In this document: positions 9,241 through 19,884 of the stretch, piece by piece
How the letters are laid out: each line of letters starts with the position of its first letter
Numbering within the stretch: position 1 is the first letter of the stretch
IMG/VR virus record: IMGVR_UViG_3300032247_001291
Coordinates: 1 to 57,095 of that record
Direction: 5' to 3' (one strand)
Source of the DNA: a virus
Lineage: Duplodnaviria > Caudoviricetes
DNA length: 57,095 bases
The notes under the pieces: generated by a model
The model's database searches: none
The model's input: the letters and a program-made list of their open reading frames with translations, nothing else
Told to the model about the DNA's origin: nothing
Position numbers and translations under genes: made by a program

Positions 9241-10231
9241 AAATATCTTGTTTTAACTTTTCTACTACATTTGGATTTTCTCTTAGATATTCCAAAGCTT
9301 TGTTTCTTCCTTGGAATCTTTCTTCACCTATAGTATACCATGCACCACCTTTTTGAATTTTACCCATCATTTCGGCAGAATCAAGAACTTCACCGATGGA
9401 ATCAATTCCGAGTGTATCTCCTTGATAGTAAAAATCATATTGCCCATTTTGCCCCATTGGTCCAAGTTTATTATAGTCAACGATCCAGTTAACGGGTCTT
9501 CCGACTTTTTGTTCAATAATTTTATCACCAACTTGGATTCCAGATTTAATAGCATTTGCTTCAGCTTCGGATGACCAAAGCTTGATAATGGTGCTGGAGA
9601 AAAATTTAACAGCCATTCCCCCCGTTGGGATATGCGACGCATGCATAGTTCCAAATTGATTTCTCTGTTGAGAAATAAGAACGAGTAGCGTATTTTTATT
9701 AGCGTAGTTAAGCATTTTGACTGCATGGGTCATGTCCTTTGCTTCGGCACCAATTTGTTTGGTATCTTCTAACTTTTTTAAATCGTTACTATCTTTTTCA
9801 AAATAAATAGCTGGCAATAGTGCTGAAATAGAATCAACAACAATTATGTCAACTCCTGCTGCCATTAGTTGGGTTGCAACATCTACCATATCATTAATAC
9901 TTTTTGCAGAAGAATAGATAAGGGAAGATGAATCTACTCCAAGTTCTGCTGCCCAAGATGGATCGTAAGAAGACTCCGCATCAATCCAAGCGCAAGTCTT
10001 ACCATCTTTTTGAGCCATGCCAATCATTTGTAAACAGAAAGAAGATTTACCAGCAGATTTATTTCCCCATATAAGAACCTGTCTGCCAAACCCCAAGCCA
10101 CCTTTTAATGCTAAAGTTAAACCAATACTTGGGGTCTTCTGTCTTTCTGAACTGACATCTGTAGCAAGCTGAATCCTCTGTCTAGTTTTTGGATCTAGAC
10201 TTGCTAGTATCTTATCTGCTACTAATGTCAT
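9233..10231 (-). CDS. recA: RecA-like recombinase
   Basis: GNKSAGKS Walker A, WIDAE, IVVDSISAL, TGGMAVKFFS, KGGAWY. Confidence 0.93.
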   Translation of the reverse strand: MTLVADKILASLDPKTRQRIQLATDVSSERQKTPSIGLTLALKGGLGFGRQVLIWGNKSAGKSSFCLQMIGMAQKDGKTCAWIDAESSYDPSWAAELGVDSSSLIYSSAKSINDMVDVATQLMAAGVDIIVVDSISALLPAIYFEKDSNDLKKLEDTKQIGAEAKDMTHAVKMLNYANKNTLLVLISQQRNQFGTMHASHIPTGGMAVKFFSSTIIKLWSSEAEANAIKSGIQVGDKIIEQKVGRPVNWIVDYNKLGPMGQNGQYDFYYQGDTLGIDSIGEVLDSAEMMGKIQKGGAWYTIGEERFQGRNKALEYLRENPNVVEKLKQDIYG

Positions 10232-10234
10232 ATG

Positions 10235-10507
10235 TTATTCTGCTAGCTCTTGAGCTGGGACTGAAGCAATATCAACAAGAGTAAATGTTACAGACTTATC
10301 TTCAAGTTGGTTTACTGCAATTGTCTTGTCTGCATAATTAGCAATTAAAGTATCTAGAGGGACATTAACTTCCCCAGTCTTACTAAGAATGGCTGCTAAA
10401 ATCTGCTCAACACTAATGTTAATACCATCGTTTGATGGCTGTGGCTGTGCTTCTACTGCATCTGCAATAGTAGATTCTACTGCTGACTGTGTTGTTTCAT
10501 CTGTCAT
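10235..10507 (-). CDS. Hypothetical acidic protein
   Basis: Overlaps the dnaE stop and lies in the operon. Confidence 0.6.
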   Translation of the reverse strand: MTDETTQSAVESTIADAVEAQPQPSNDGINISVEQILAAILSKTGEVNVPLDTLIANYADKTIAVNQLEDKSVTFTLVDIASVPAQELAE

Positions 10508-13500
10508 TTTATATCCTTTACGAATTTAGTACCGTCATCCAATTCTGAAATAACGGGGGAACAGAAAGATCCTGCTTTCATCTTTCCTAATGCCAACGTA
10601 TAAGCTTTTGGAAAAGCTATTACACGGAACATCTCTTTTTGCCCATTGCAATATATGATATGAGCCATCATTTTCTTTTGCTTTGTTTGGTAGTGAGTAA
10701 AATCAACCACATATGAATCTTTATTATCTGGTATCTCAAATTCTTTAATATGTAAATAGTTAATAAACGGATCATCTTTCTTTTCCACTACATCTACTAT
10801 TGTAACATATCTATGAATTCTATTGTCGCCAACAAGGAAAAAATACATATTTCCCGTTTCAATTTGAGTATTCTCGCTATGGAAAATACCAATTGACCCT
10901 GTGTCATCAACCAACTCTACACGTGACCAACCCTTACCCTTTTTAATAGATTTAACCATTGCACAAAGAATAAATGTGCCTTCTTCAAGAAACTCTTCTA
11001 ATGGAGTTACCTGAGATTTAATATGAGCTGTTATTCCACGAGTATCAAATTTTGGAATATTTAAGTACTCATAATAATTTTCAGACTCTTTGCCAGTTCT
11101 CTGATTATCTTCAAAGGTTGCTGCTCCAATAGCATTTAGTGAATCTATTGCTCTTGAATTAATGCCCGATTTTTTTTCTTGTGCCACTTCTAAAAGATTA
11201 GCATAAGATTTATAAGGTCTTGCGTTTATAAGTTTCTTGCCAATAGTTTCAGAAATAAACTTAATATCTGATAAACCAAATCTAATTGAATTACCCTGAA
11301 TTGTAAAATCTAAACCAGATTCATTTACATGGGGTAATAAGACCTTAATTCCCAATCGCTTAGCTTCAATAAGGTATTCTGTTCTGGTATCTTTATTTCC
11401 TTCATTTTTGAGTAAAGCAAATACGAACTCAGTTGGATAATAATGCTTAAGCCAAGCAGTCCAATAACTGACCATAGAGTAAGCAACAGCATGAGAACGG
11501 TTAAAGGAATAGCCAGCATGAGCTTCAAAATCATGCCACAGATGTTCAGCATCTTCTTTAGAAATATAACGTCTTGCACCTTCGATAAATTTATCTTTGA
11601 ATACATCAAATTCTTTTGCATCTTTCTTTTTACCAATAATTTTTCTAACCTTATCAGCCTCAGACCATGACATCCCGCCCAAGTGTACGCAAGCTTGCAT
11701 AACCTGTTCCTGATAAATAATAACTCCGTATGTACGTTCTGTAAACGGCTTCGTAATTGGGTGTACGTAAGTTACCATCTTTTCGCCACGCTTACGTGCT
11801 AGATATTCTGCACCCACGGTATTCATAGCTCCTGGTCGAACAAGAGCGTTTGATGCAACTAAATCTTCAAATGTATCAACGCCCATTTTAATTAATAAGT
11901 TTGTGTATGGCGTTGCTTCAGCCTGAAATACGCCCTTTGTAAAACCAGCAGTTAAATCATCAAATACAGACTTATCATCTAAAGATAATGCATTAAGATC
12001 AATTGAAACCTTATGCCTTTCATTAACCATATTAACTGTATCTTGAATTACTGATAATGTTTTTAATCCAAGAACGTCAAACTTAATAAGACCAATATCT
12101 GCTGCTTGATCCATATCATAAGCAACTACTGGAACACGACCTGAGACATCCTCATCTTTGTCGCTTCTAGATTCAATTGGGGCATACTTAGAAATGGGTT
12201 CTTTAGCAACCACAACTCCAGCAGCGTGAATTCCAACTGAACGGATTCTGCCACGCAAATCAGATGCAAATTTTAAAACTTCTGGATACTTTTGTTTAAA
12301 CCAGTCTACATTCTTATTAGACTCAAACTCTTCAAATGTTTCTACACCCTTAAGTGCTTTGTTGATTTCTCCAAGCGGTACATCAAATACTCTTCCCGCA
12401 TCTCTAACTACACCTTTATCCTTAAAGTATTGATAAGTGGAAATTGAAGCAACGTTCTTAAATTTCTTTCTTAAAAATTCTTTTACTTCCCCACGACGGC
12501 GATCCATAAAGTCTGTATCAATGTCGGGGAAGTCATTGCGCTCTGGGTTAATAAATCTAAAAAACAATAGATCATACTTAATAGGATCTACTTCTGTTAT
12601 TCCTAATAGATAGCAAACTAGCGATCCTGCTGCCGATCCTCTTCCAGGCCCAACCATGATTTCGTTTTCCTTAGCCCAACGTACCATGTCACCAACAACA
12701 AGAAAATAACTACTGAACTCTTTATCTTTGATGACTTGAAATTCTTCTTCCAATCTTTCTTTATATTGTTCATTTTCTAATCCTTTTTCTTTTAATGTGT
12801 CATTGCACATCTGAATTAACTGTTTATGTGCATCTTTTTTAGGGTTAGGTAGTAATTGTAAGTTTTGATGGAATTCATACTCTTCTACCTTATCAGCAAT
12901 TTCTTGAGTATTGCTGTATATACTTTGATCCCAGCCGTCGCCAAAATCAGATGAAATTTCTTTAAAACTCTGAATATAAACATTTATATCTTGAAATGAA
13001 ATAGGACGATCTGGATAAAGATGGTTTAATCTTTCAAAAACATCTTTGATCTTTTTACCAGATTCATAGTTAACACCTTCGGCAAGGTTTGGTTTAGTTG
13101 AAAGGATTAACAAAACTTCTTCTAAAGCTTTTTGATCTTTTGTTGCATAGTGGCAATCACCAGTAGCAACCATTTTTATGCCAAGATCTTTAGATATTAA
13201 AATCTGCCCATCATTAATTTCTTTGTCATTGTGCGATTGCATCTCTAAATAGAAATCATCGCCAAATCTATTCTTGAACCATCGGGCATATTCAAAAGCC
13301 TTATCCATATCATTGCGTTGGATAGCCTTTGCTATAAGTCCATTCATGCAACCAGACAAAACAATAAGACCATTGCCGTACTCATCTAGTACTTCAAGGT
13401 CAATTCTAGGCTTGCGATAATATCCTTCTGTCCAAGCAATCTCTGATAGTTTTTGTAGATTTTTTAAACCTTCAGTATTTTTTGCAAGTAAGATTATGTG

Positions 13501-13776
13501 GTTAAATACCTGTGTATTATCATCACGTTTTTTAATATCACGTTTGTCAAAGCGATCTGTTGCTGATATGTATGCTTCTAAACCAAGTATTGGCTTCATC
13601 CCCAGCTTTTTAGCTGCAACTTGCATTTCTCTATGAGATGATAGTGTTCCATGATCTGTAATAGCCATTGCTTTTTGTCCTGCATTTTTTGCAGCAGTCA
13701 ACAACTCTTCAGGGGAACACAAGCCATCCATAAGTGAATAGTGCGAGTGCACATGTAAATGTGTGAAATTCACCAA
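10504..13776 (-). CDS. dnaE: DNA polymerase III alpha subunit
   Basis: PHP domain HLHVHSHYS/TDHG; GPGRGSAAGS; FPDIDTD; HAAGVV; IIYQEQVMQ; YSFNRSHA. Confidence 0.96.
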   Translation of the reverse strand: MVNFTHLHVHSHYSLMDGLCSPEELLTAAKNAGQKAMAITDHGTLSSHREMQVAAKKLGMKPILGLEAYISATDRFDKRDIKKRDDNTQVFNHIILLAKNTEGLKNLQKLSEIAWTEGYYRKPRIDLEVLDEYGNGLIVLSGCMNGLIAKAIQRNDMDKAFEYARWFKNRFGDDFYLEMQSHNDKEINDGQILISKDLGIKMVATGDCHYATKDQKALEEVLLILSTKPNLAEGVNYESGKKIKDVFERLNHLYPDRPISFQDINVYIQSFKEISSDFGDGWDQSIYSNTQEIADKVEEYEFHQNLQLLPNPKKDAHKQLIQMCNDTLKEKGLENEQYKERLEEEFQVIKDKEFSSYFLVVGDMVRWAKENEIMVGPGRGSAAGSLVCYLLGITEVDPIKYDLLFFRFINPERNDFPDIDTDFMDRRRGEVKEFLRKKFKNVASISTYQYFKDKGVVRDAGRVFDVPLGEINKALKGVETFEEFESNKNVDWFKQKYPEVLKFASDLRGRIRSVGIHAAGVVVAKEPISKYAPIESRSDKDEDVSGRVPVVAYDMDQAADIGLIKFDVLGLKTLSVIQDTVNMVNERHKVSIDLNALSLDDKSVFDDLTAGFTKGVFQAEATPYTNLLIKMGVDTFEDLVASNALVRPGAMNTVGAEYLARKRGEKMVTYVHPITKPFTERTYGVIIYQEQVMQACVHLGGMSWSEADKVRKIIGKKKDAKEFDVFKDKFIEGARRYISKEDAEHLWHDFEAHAGYSFNRSHAVAYSMVSYWTAWLKHYYPTEFVFALLKNEGNKDTRTEYLIEAKRLGIKVLLPHVNESGLDFTIQGNSIRFGLSDIKFISETIGKKLINARPYKSYANLLEVAQEKKSGINSRAIDSLNAIGAATFEDNQRTGKESENYYEYLNIPKFDTRGITAHIKSQVTPLEEFLEEGTFILCAMVKSIKKGKGWSRVELVDDTGSIGIFHSENTQIETGNMYFFLVGDNRIHRYVTIVDVVEKKDDPFINYLHIKEFEIPDNKDSYVVDFTHYQTKQKKMMAHIIYCNGQKEMFRVIAFPKAYTLALGKMKAGSFCSPVISELDDGTKFVKDIK

Positions 13777-13794
13777 TACTCCGTTTAGTTTAAA

Positions 13795-14466
13795 TTACCA
13801 TTCAACAGATGTTGAAGTGGTTGATTCTTGAGACGAGTCTGATACTACGCCCATATAAAAGTTTTCCTGATCAGCGTATGCAACTGTTCTAACAGCTGTC
13901 TTCGGCAAATCAAAAAGCTCATACTTTGAAAAATCAAGAGGCTTGACTTCTGCAGTTGGAAGTGGGATGATACTGTAATTAGTATCTGTCTTTTCTCCTG
14001 TGCGCTTTAACTTCCACACAAGGTTTGTAATGCTACCAGTCTCTGATGCATAAGATCCAATTTCTGGTGTAGCTGACTTTGCGCCAGTTCCCTGTGACAA
14101 AATAGCAACATAAGGATCTTCATTGCCATCTTCTACAAGAACGTTTACGTAGAAACGTGGACGTGCCTTCCATCCAGCTTTTGGGTCACGGCGATGCTGC
14201 TCACAACCAAAGCACTGACCTTCGTCTTCAAATGTGCAAACTGCCTTGCGCTTGTAATCTCTTGGATTTGTATGTTCAATGCCTACAATACCTAGGCCTG
14301 CTTCTTTGTTATAATTTGCTGAGTCAGGATCAATCTCCTGAAGAAAACGGATCTTTACTGATTGTCCGTCTTTAAGCTGTAGCCATCTTCCCTTTTGTGA
14401 ATCTGAAGATGTGTGTGTTGGTTCCATTGCTTTGTTCATGGCTGCTAAGCCTGTAACGATTCCCAT
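13795..14466 (-). CDS. Single-stranded DNA-binding protein (gp32-like)
   Basis: KIRFL, H...C...CFGC zinc motif, KRTGEKTDTNY, acidic tail ending in W; lies between primase and polymerase. Confidence 0.7.
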   Translation of the reverse strand: MGIVTGLAAMNKAMEPTHTSSDSQKGRWLQLKDGQSVKIRFLQEIDPDSANYNKEAGLGIVGIEHTNPRDYKRKAVCTFEDEGQCFGCEQHRRDPKAGWKARPRFYVNVLVEDGNEDPYVAILSQGTGAKSATPEIGSYASETGSITNLVWKLKRTGEKTDTNYSIIPLPTAEVKPLDFSKYELFDLPKTAVRTVAYADQENFYMGVVSDSSQESTTSTSVEW

Positions 14467-14512
14467 ATATGTTCTCCTAAGTGTTTGGGGCTATAGAATG
14501 CCCTGTAGTACT

Positions 14513-14521
14513 ATTATACCA
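14513..14521 (-). promoter_or_regulatory. Extended -10 promoter TGGTATAAT
   Basis: Consensus upstream of the SSB gene. Confidence 0.6.
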
Positions 14522-15475
14522 TTAATTAATATACTCAAAATGCGTTATTGCATTTTTAATACATTGTTTTATTTCTTTGTCTGTGAGATCTCCCACATCT
14601 TTTGCACCATTTGGATATATGACTCCATCATCAAATGAAGCCCAAGATATACTTTTGTTAGGAAGCTTACCCACAATTTCCATTCCAAGCTTTCTTCCCG
14701 CTTCGTCAGCATCGGTTGCTATAATAATTGACGACGAATATTTATTTAAATTACTTATGTTTTGTTTAGATATACCGCCACCCAAAGTTGCTACAACATT
14801 TGGATAGCCAGCTTGATGTATTCTAATTGCATCAAAAGAAGATTCACAAACAATAATTGTTGGACTAACTTTTTTTGCCCTATGCAAGTTAAACATAGTT
14901 AAACTACGTGGAAGGTTATCGCTATTTTTAAAACGTTTTCCTTCAATAGATCTTCCAATAATTCCCACTGGCATTCCAGTAGGACTATGTAGTGGAACAG
15001 TTACCATTCCTTGTTTTTGTGAATATCCCAAATAAAAATAATCAATAGACTCATCGTTAATGTTACGACCATAAAAATAACCCCTAGATTCTTCATTTAA
15101 ACCATTATGCAAACCATCAAGTATATCTTGCGGAAACTCAACAAAGTCTGGCTTATCATCAAAAAGTTCTTCTAAATCTTTATCAAAAGTATCTGGGCGG
15201 TTCTTTTGCAATAATCTTATAAAACGTGCTGCTTCAAATTGACCCATTGATCCTTTTTGAATAATTAAATCTTCAAGGCCTCCACGTGCATCACAAGACG
15301 GATTATAACAAATATATGAACCTTTTGTTTTACTTATTGCAAATGATGGAGTGTTTGTATTGCTGTGAAATGGGCAGTAACAAAAATAATCTGTTTGAGA
15401 GTAGTGATGAATTTTCATACCTATACCCTCAACTACTTCACGAACTTGTGATGGGCTATATCTTTCCATAAGCAT
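14522..15475 (-). CDS. dnaG: DNA primase (CHC2 zinc finger + TOPRIM)
   Basis: CPFH...CYNPSC, VCESSFDA, ATDADEAG, KDVGD. Confidence 0.9.
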   Translation of the reverse strand: MLMERYSPSQVREVVEGIGMKIHHYSQTDYFCYCPFHSNTNTPSFAISKTKGSYICYNPSCDARGGLEDLIIQKGSMGQFEAARFIRLLQKNRPDTFDKDLEELFDDKPDFVEFPQDILDGLHNGLNEESRGYFYGRNINDESIDYFYLGYSQKQGMVTVPLHSPTGMPVGIIGRSIEGKRFKNSDNLPRSLTMFNLHRAKKVSPTIIVCESSFDAIRIHQAGYPNVVATLGGGISKQNISNLNKYSSSIIIATDADEAGRKLGMEIVGKLPNKSISWASFDDGVIYPNGAKDVGDLTDKEIKQCIKNAITHFEYIN

Positions 15476-15481
15476 TTTTAT

Positions 15482-15490
15482 ATTATATCA
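15482..15490 (-). promoter_or_regulatory. Extended -10 promoter TGATATAAT
   Basis: Consensus just upstream of the primase; the close spacing could mean a leaderless transcript. Confidence 0.5.
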
Positions 15491-15508
15491 AGAATACATA
15501 TTACTTGT

Positions 15509-15856
15509 CTATGCAATATAAAATTGTGGAGGAATGCTTACTGTAAATGTTGGGGGCGGACTAATGATTTGTTTTGTATATCTTTTATAAAATTGTTGTC
15601 CAGAAAATCCTTCTATTTCTTGAGCTTTCTTTTTACCAACATATACACCAAACATTTCTAAATTAAAACTATAACTATCTTTTATTTCATTATATTTAAT
15701 TGAAAATTGTGGTTCTAAATCAAGAACTGGAACGTAGCCTTTATCACGCATGTCCTGTAATAATATTCTTTCATACATTAAGCGTGATTTGCCAATTGAC
15801 GAATCATCTTTGATAACCCCGCCAATTAAAAATGCCCTTATAGTTCTTTTTAACAT
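15509..15856 (-). CDS. Hypothetical protein
   Basis: ORF between helicase and primase. Confidence 0.6.
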   Translation of the reverse strand: MLKRTIRAFLIGGVIKDDSSIGKSRLMYERILLQDMRDKGYVPVLDLEPQFSIKYNEIKDSYSFNLEMFGVYVGKKKAQEIEGFSGQQFYKRYTKQIISPPPTFTVSIPPQFYIA

Positions 15857-15909
15857 ATTAGCCTTACTGTCTATCTAATTATACTAGACAGCAATGCCAT
15901 TACATAGAT

Positions 15910-17142
15910 TTAAAGTTGAGGAATGTCCATTTCATAAATTTCTTGAACTATTCCACGATTTAGGTCCCAATCTAAGTAAAATGCAAAATCTGTACCATGA
16001 CGATTTTTTCTACTTACAATTTCCATAATATTTGTATCTGGTCGTTTGTGAATAGCCATAGCCATATCAGCATCATACTCGATAGCTTTTGACCATGCTA
16101 CTTGTGAAAGTAGGGGTGGGGATTCTTGATCCGATACATCATCCATAGTAGCAGCAGTAATATCAATAATTGGAATAGCATTTCGGACAGCAAGCAACTT
16201 AAAGTCACGAGAAATATTTCTATTTCTTTCTACTTCTGATTTGGCTCCAGATGAATCATTAAATAGCTGATGATAATCAAGAATAACTAGATCAGGCTTA
16301 TACTGATCAATTTTAGCCTGTACTGTATTTGGAGTTACTTGACCAGCACCCTCATTTGATATAAGAATAAATCCTTGTTTATCTGTAAACTTGTCTGATG
16401 CCCATGTGTGAAAATCATCTGTATTTACCATACCCTTTTGAAAGTCTGAAGCCTTGAACAGTCCCGACCCCATCATGGTATAAATACGATCTCTCATATT
16501 TTCTGGTGACATTTCAAGGGATATAATCATAGGCTTAAAGCCCTGTTCCCAAGCCTTACAAGCCAAATAGGAAGACATCCAAGTCTTACCCCTACCCGCC
16601 CATCCAATCATAACTATAAGGTGGCCTGGGGCCATTCCAGTAGGGTAGGCAAGGTCAATGGCTTTAAACCCCGTCTTAATTCCTGGGCTACCGCCCATGG
16701 CAAGAGATCTTTCACGAACAGACTCAAAATGCTTTTCTGCAGTTTCAAAATCTGTAAGGTCAACATCTCGGACATTACCTGTCATTCTTGTAAGGTTAGA
16801 TATTTCAGTCTGCATCTCCATAAGGACTCTCGTTGCAGAATCTGTTTTTAAACGGGATCCGTTTTTTAAAAGAAGATCTTTAATTCTACTTGTAAGAAAT
16901 TCATTCTTAAGATTATCTAAATAATATCCAGTCTCACCCTTGACTGCTTCTGGTTCAAAATCTTTAAACTTTTCTTGAAGTACACTTACATCTGGAACCG
17001 CTCTAAATTTAAGATAGTAAGATTTAAGACCTTCCCACACATCACGGTGAGAAAGAAAGATATCATCAACATTATCCGCTAAAATAGTTGCTATATCTTT
17101 ATTCTTACATACAGCTGATAATACCGCTGCTTCACTATTCAT
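15910..17142 (-). CDS. dnaB: DnaB-like replicative helicase
   Basis: GWAGRGKT, ISLEMS, VILDYHQL, IEYDAD, KNRHG. Confidence 0.92.
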   Translation of the reverse strand: MNSEAAVLSAVCKNKDIATILADNVDDIFLSHRDVWEGLKSYYLKFRAVPDVSVLQEKFKDFEPEAVKGETGYYLDNLKNEFLTSRIKDLLLKNGSRLKTDSATRVLMEMQTEISNLTRMTGNVRDVDLTDFETAEKHFESVRERSLAMGGSPGIKTGFKAIDLAYPTGMAPGHLIVMIGWAGRGKTWMSSYLACKAWEQGFKPMIISLEMSPENMRDRIYTMMGSGLFKASDFQKGMVNTDDFHTWASDKFTDKQGFILISNEGAGQVTPNTVQAKIDQYKPDLVILDYHQLFNDSSGAKSEVERNRNISRDFKLLAVRNAIPIIDITAATMDDVSDQESPPLLSQVAWSKAIEYDADMAMAIHKRPDTNIMEIVSRKNRHGTDFAFYLDWDLNRGIVQEIYEMDIPQL

Positions 17143-17464
17143 TAGATTCCGTCTCTACTAAAATTCTTGTCTGCTCCATAAGCATTCTTCTACGCTCTTT
17201 ATCTGCTTCAGATTTTACCATAACGTCATCTATTCTGTCAAAGTTGTATAGGAACCAATTTAAAGGATGACCTGGCTTGTTACATTTAAAATAATATTCT
17301 ATTAATTGCTTTGCACGATCAAAGCCAACAGTATCAATAACATCCTGCATGGCCCATTTTTCTCTGTACCTATTGACTATAGGTTGTTTAGAGTAATGTG
17401 TTTTGTATAGAGCAATGTACAGAGATACTAAAGCGTATGCCTGTTGTGCGTCTTGCTTTGCCAT
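17135..17464 (-). CDS. Hypothetical protein (possible helicase-loader partner)
   Basis: Overlaps the dnaB start. Confidence 0.6.
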   Translation of the reverse strand: MAKQDAQQAYALVSLYIALYKTHYSKQPIVNRYREKWAMQDVIDTVGFDRAKQLIEYYFKCNKPGHPLNWFLYNFDRIDDVMVKSEADKERRRMLMEQTRILVETESNE

Positions 17465-17679
17465 TATTTTCTACCTTTAATCTCAGATTCTATTTGATTT
17501 ACTTTTTCTATTAACTGAGTTTCAACAAATTTATAAACACGATCTGTGGCAGTTGTGGTGTTTTCACCTTCACGAACCCAGTCTTCAACACCCAAACCAA
17601 CTTTTACGCTTTCAAAATTTCCAAGATTGCGTGTAAAGTTAAGCTCTACTTTGATCTTCGTCTGATCCATCTTGTTCAT
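17464..17679 (-). CDS. Hypothetical protein
   Basis: TRNLGNFES motif; packed ORF. Confidence 0.6.
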   Translation of the reverse strand: MNKMDQTKIKVELNFTRNLGNFESVKVGLGVEDWVREGENTTTATDRVYKFVETQLIEKVNQIESEIKGRK

Positions 17680-17908
17680 CTTCTTTCTTTAAGGGTGGGA
17701 AACCAAAACCAGTTTTAAACTTCTTAGTATTCTTATCTGCTAAGTGCTGGTAAAGCATCATCATTCTGTCTGATATTGCAATTATAGCATCCAGATCTTC
17801 CTTTTGTAAAGCCAATTCCATTGCGTGTTCTAATACATTTAAAGATAAATCTAACGCATGCTTAGCTTCTTTACTTAATTTATTTTCTACCATTCTGGCT
17901 GTTTCCAA
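17639..17908 (-). CDS. Hypothetical protein
   Basis: Packed ORF; start uncertain. Confidence 0.5.
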   Translation of the reverse strand: METARMVENKLSKEAKHALDLSLNVLEHAMELALQKEDLDAIIAISDRMMMLYQHLADKNTKKFKTGFGFPPLKKEDEQDGSDEDQSRA

Positions 17909-18402
17909 ACTGGGACAAATGCCCCATCGTTGTCCTTTACGTATAAGACGGTCTCATTACGCAATAAGGCTTCTAATTCTACCTTACTTGGAATATTACT
18001 TGCAGTTACATTACCGTCATTTCTAGGTCTGCCTATATGAACGGTTTTAAAAAATTCTCTAATATTTCTTATATCTTCGTCTGTAAAATAATATCTGCTC
18101 AATTTAGTTTTATCATCTAAAGCATGAGCTTGCTGTGGTTTTGGTATGTCGCCAGATCTTAAATGTCTTTTAATTGTATCAACATGTCTATTAATAATTT
18201 TTCCAACTTCAGAAATAGAGTAAGCGTGTTTTTTATTTTTTTGCACATCTGTGTAGTTATAAGCCACACGCTTACTCTTTGCAAAGTCCCATGCTATCAA
18301 AGTATCTTCAGTACGATTTATCTCAAGAGCTTTATGAAGTGAATCATTTAAGTAGAAATACAATAATCGGCGTTTAGCCTTGTTTCTTGTTTGCTTAACC
18401 AT
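17887..18402 (-). CDS. MerR-like HTH DNA-binding protein
   Basis: YSISEVGKIINRHVDTIKRH...RYYFTDEDI; start likely MVKQTR rather than 18459. Confidence 0.65.
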   Translation of the reverse strand: MVKQTRNKAKRRLLYFYLNDSLHKALEINRTEDTLIAWDFAKSKRVAYNYTDVQKNKKHAYSISEVGKIINRHVDTIKRHLRSGDIPKPQQAHALDDKTKLSRYYFTDEDIRNIREFFKTVHIGRPRNDGNVTASNIPSKVELEALLRNETVLYVKDNDGAFVPVWKQPEW

Positions 18403-18533
18403 TTTCCAAACGCATTTCCATCTTTCTTGACAAACCATCTTTTTCCACACATAGAACAAAATAATTCTACTCTAAGGTGTTGAGAAAATACACGATCTAT
18501 AAAAACTCTGCCCTGACATTTCTTACACCACAT
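18348..18533 (-). CDS. Small zinc-ribbon protein
   Basis: CKKC...CSMCG. Confidence 0.6.
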   Translation of the reverse strand: MWCKKCQGRVFIDRVFSQHLRVELFCSMCGKRWFVKKDGNAFGKWLSKQETRLNADYCIST

Positions 18534-18551
18534 ATTAAGTTTTGCTTCTAA

Positions 18552-18815
18552 TTACTTAGTAGCTTTCAACTTTCTTGTGACCGCATCCGTTGCTTGCTCA
18601 GCAACCATGCCAAATGCTGGGTCTTTTTTATTGACAAAACGCAATACTACTGGGACTAATGAACCCCATAAAGCGTTTGCAACAAGTGCCCACTGTGCAC
18701 CCTTGAAATTAGCAATCGAAACATGGCTTGTGCTTGAAACGATTGTTGCTGCTGCTATAACTTGACCTAGCAAGTTGCGAACATATGACTCGACTAATGC
18801 TTGATTAATCTTCAT
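18552..18815 (-). CDS. Holin-like membrane protein
   Basis: AGGAGG RBS before MKINQ; two hydrophobic segments; PVVLRFVNKKDPAFG motif; basic C-terminus. Confidence 0.6.
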   Translation of the reverse strand: MKINQALVESYVRNLLGQVIAAATIVSSTSHVSIANFKGAQWALVANALWGSLVPVVLRFVNKKDPAFGMVAEQATDAVTRKLKATK

Positions 18816-18828
18816 ATTTATGCCTCCT

Positions 18829-19632
18829 TTAGACACTAAATAATTTCCCATCAACTACACAAGTGTAATTTGGAGAAATTTCCACAATCTGTACGTGAGG
18901 ATGTTCACCATTCTCAATATGTGCGATTGCGAAACCTTTTTGCCAGTTGTGATTTTGAGTGTATTTCATTCCATCACTCTTTTCATCACACATATGCCCA
19001 ATTTCATATCCACGAATTGCTCTTCCTCCAGTTGCAAGAGGAAGCTCATATGTTTGAAAATGCGAAGCAATTCTATGCGAATGACCTCTAATTAAAGAAA
19101 TTTGTAAATCATCTATATCTTTTCTTACTGCTCCCGTATCTGCAATAGAAAGACCGTGGTGTACATGGATATCGCCAAAACGATGTCTTGGCAACTCATT
19201 GTAATATATATAATCATACCCCAACGAATCTAAAGACCATAATGATTCTGGTGTAATGTCTGCCAAATATTCTGGCATCTTTTTATCTAAATAATCAAAG
19301 ATTCTAATATCATGATTCCCCAGTGCAGAAAAAAGCTGGGCATTTGGAAGCATGTCTCTAGTCTTTGCATAAAAATCTCTAGCGCCTTTAGCTTCATGAC
19401 GCATCATAGGAACAATTAAATCCTTGCTGTCATTTTTGTGAAGCTGTAAAAATTCTGCTGATCTACCTTCTGTATACTTGCTATAACAAGCTTGATCATC
19501 GGTATCCCCCAAATAATCAACTACGTCTGGTTTAAACCACTTCATGACTTTAAACCAAAGCTCAATAGCTTTATCGTCTTGATATGGGAATTGCTGATCG
19601 GATGACAACATCCATTTTAAATCGTTAGCCAA
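18829..19632 (-). CDS. Calcineurin-like metallophosphoesterase
   Basis: SDQQ, LGD, GNHD, HHG, GHSH motifs. Confidence 0.85.
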   Translation of the reverse strand: MANDLKWMLSSDQQFPYQDDKAIELWFKVMKWFKPDVVDYLGDTDDQACYSKYTEGRSAEFLQLHKNDSKDLIVPMMRHEAKGARDFYAKTRDMLPNAQLFSALGNHDIRIFDYLDKKMPEYLADITPESLWSLDSLGYDYIYYNELPRHRFGDIHVHHGLSIADTGAVRKDIDDLQISLIRGHSHRIASHFQTYELPLATGGRAIRGYEIGHMCDEKSDGMKYTQNHNWQKGFAIAHIENGEHPHVQIVEISPNYTCVVDGKLFSV

Positions 19633-19689
19633 TTAATAACCTTTCAAGTTAAAGACTAATATACAGTGCTTTATTTTATGAAGCAATTA

Positions 19690-19869
19690 TTATTGTGTAA
19701 TTTGCGTTAAACTGTCGCTATAGTTTTTAACAGCTTCTTCTTTTTGATCTTTTTCATTAATTAACATTGTTAGTTCTGCTCTGAGCATAGCGATTTGAGT
19801 TTCATAATTAGATGTTAATTCGCCTATACGTTGTTGTAAGGCGGTAATAATTAATTCCGCTTTTTCCAT
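19690..19869 (-). CDS. Small coiled-coil protein (59 aa)
   Basis: Hand-translated MEKAELIITALQQRIGELTSNYETQIAMLRAELT... Confidence 0.65.
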   Translation of the reverse strand: MEKAELIITALQQRIGELTSNYETQIAMLRAELTMLINEKDQKEEAVKNYSDSLTQITQ

Positions 19870-19884
19870 TATATCTCTTTTCTT

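Noticed and set aside
15867-15891. Inverted repeat ctgtcta...tagacag between dnaB and the next gene
   Set aside because: Short 7-bp stem without a U-tract; it could be an operator but support is too weak.
4191-17142. Inteins or introns in terL, recA, dnaE, dnaB
   Set aside because: Lengths are normal and no C...HN splice motifs or LAGLIDADG inserts were seen.
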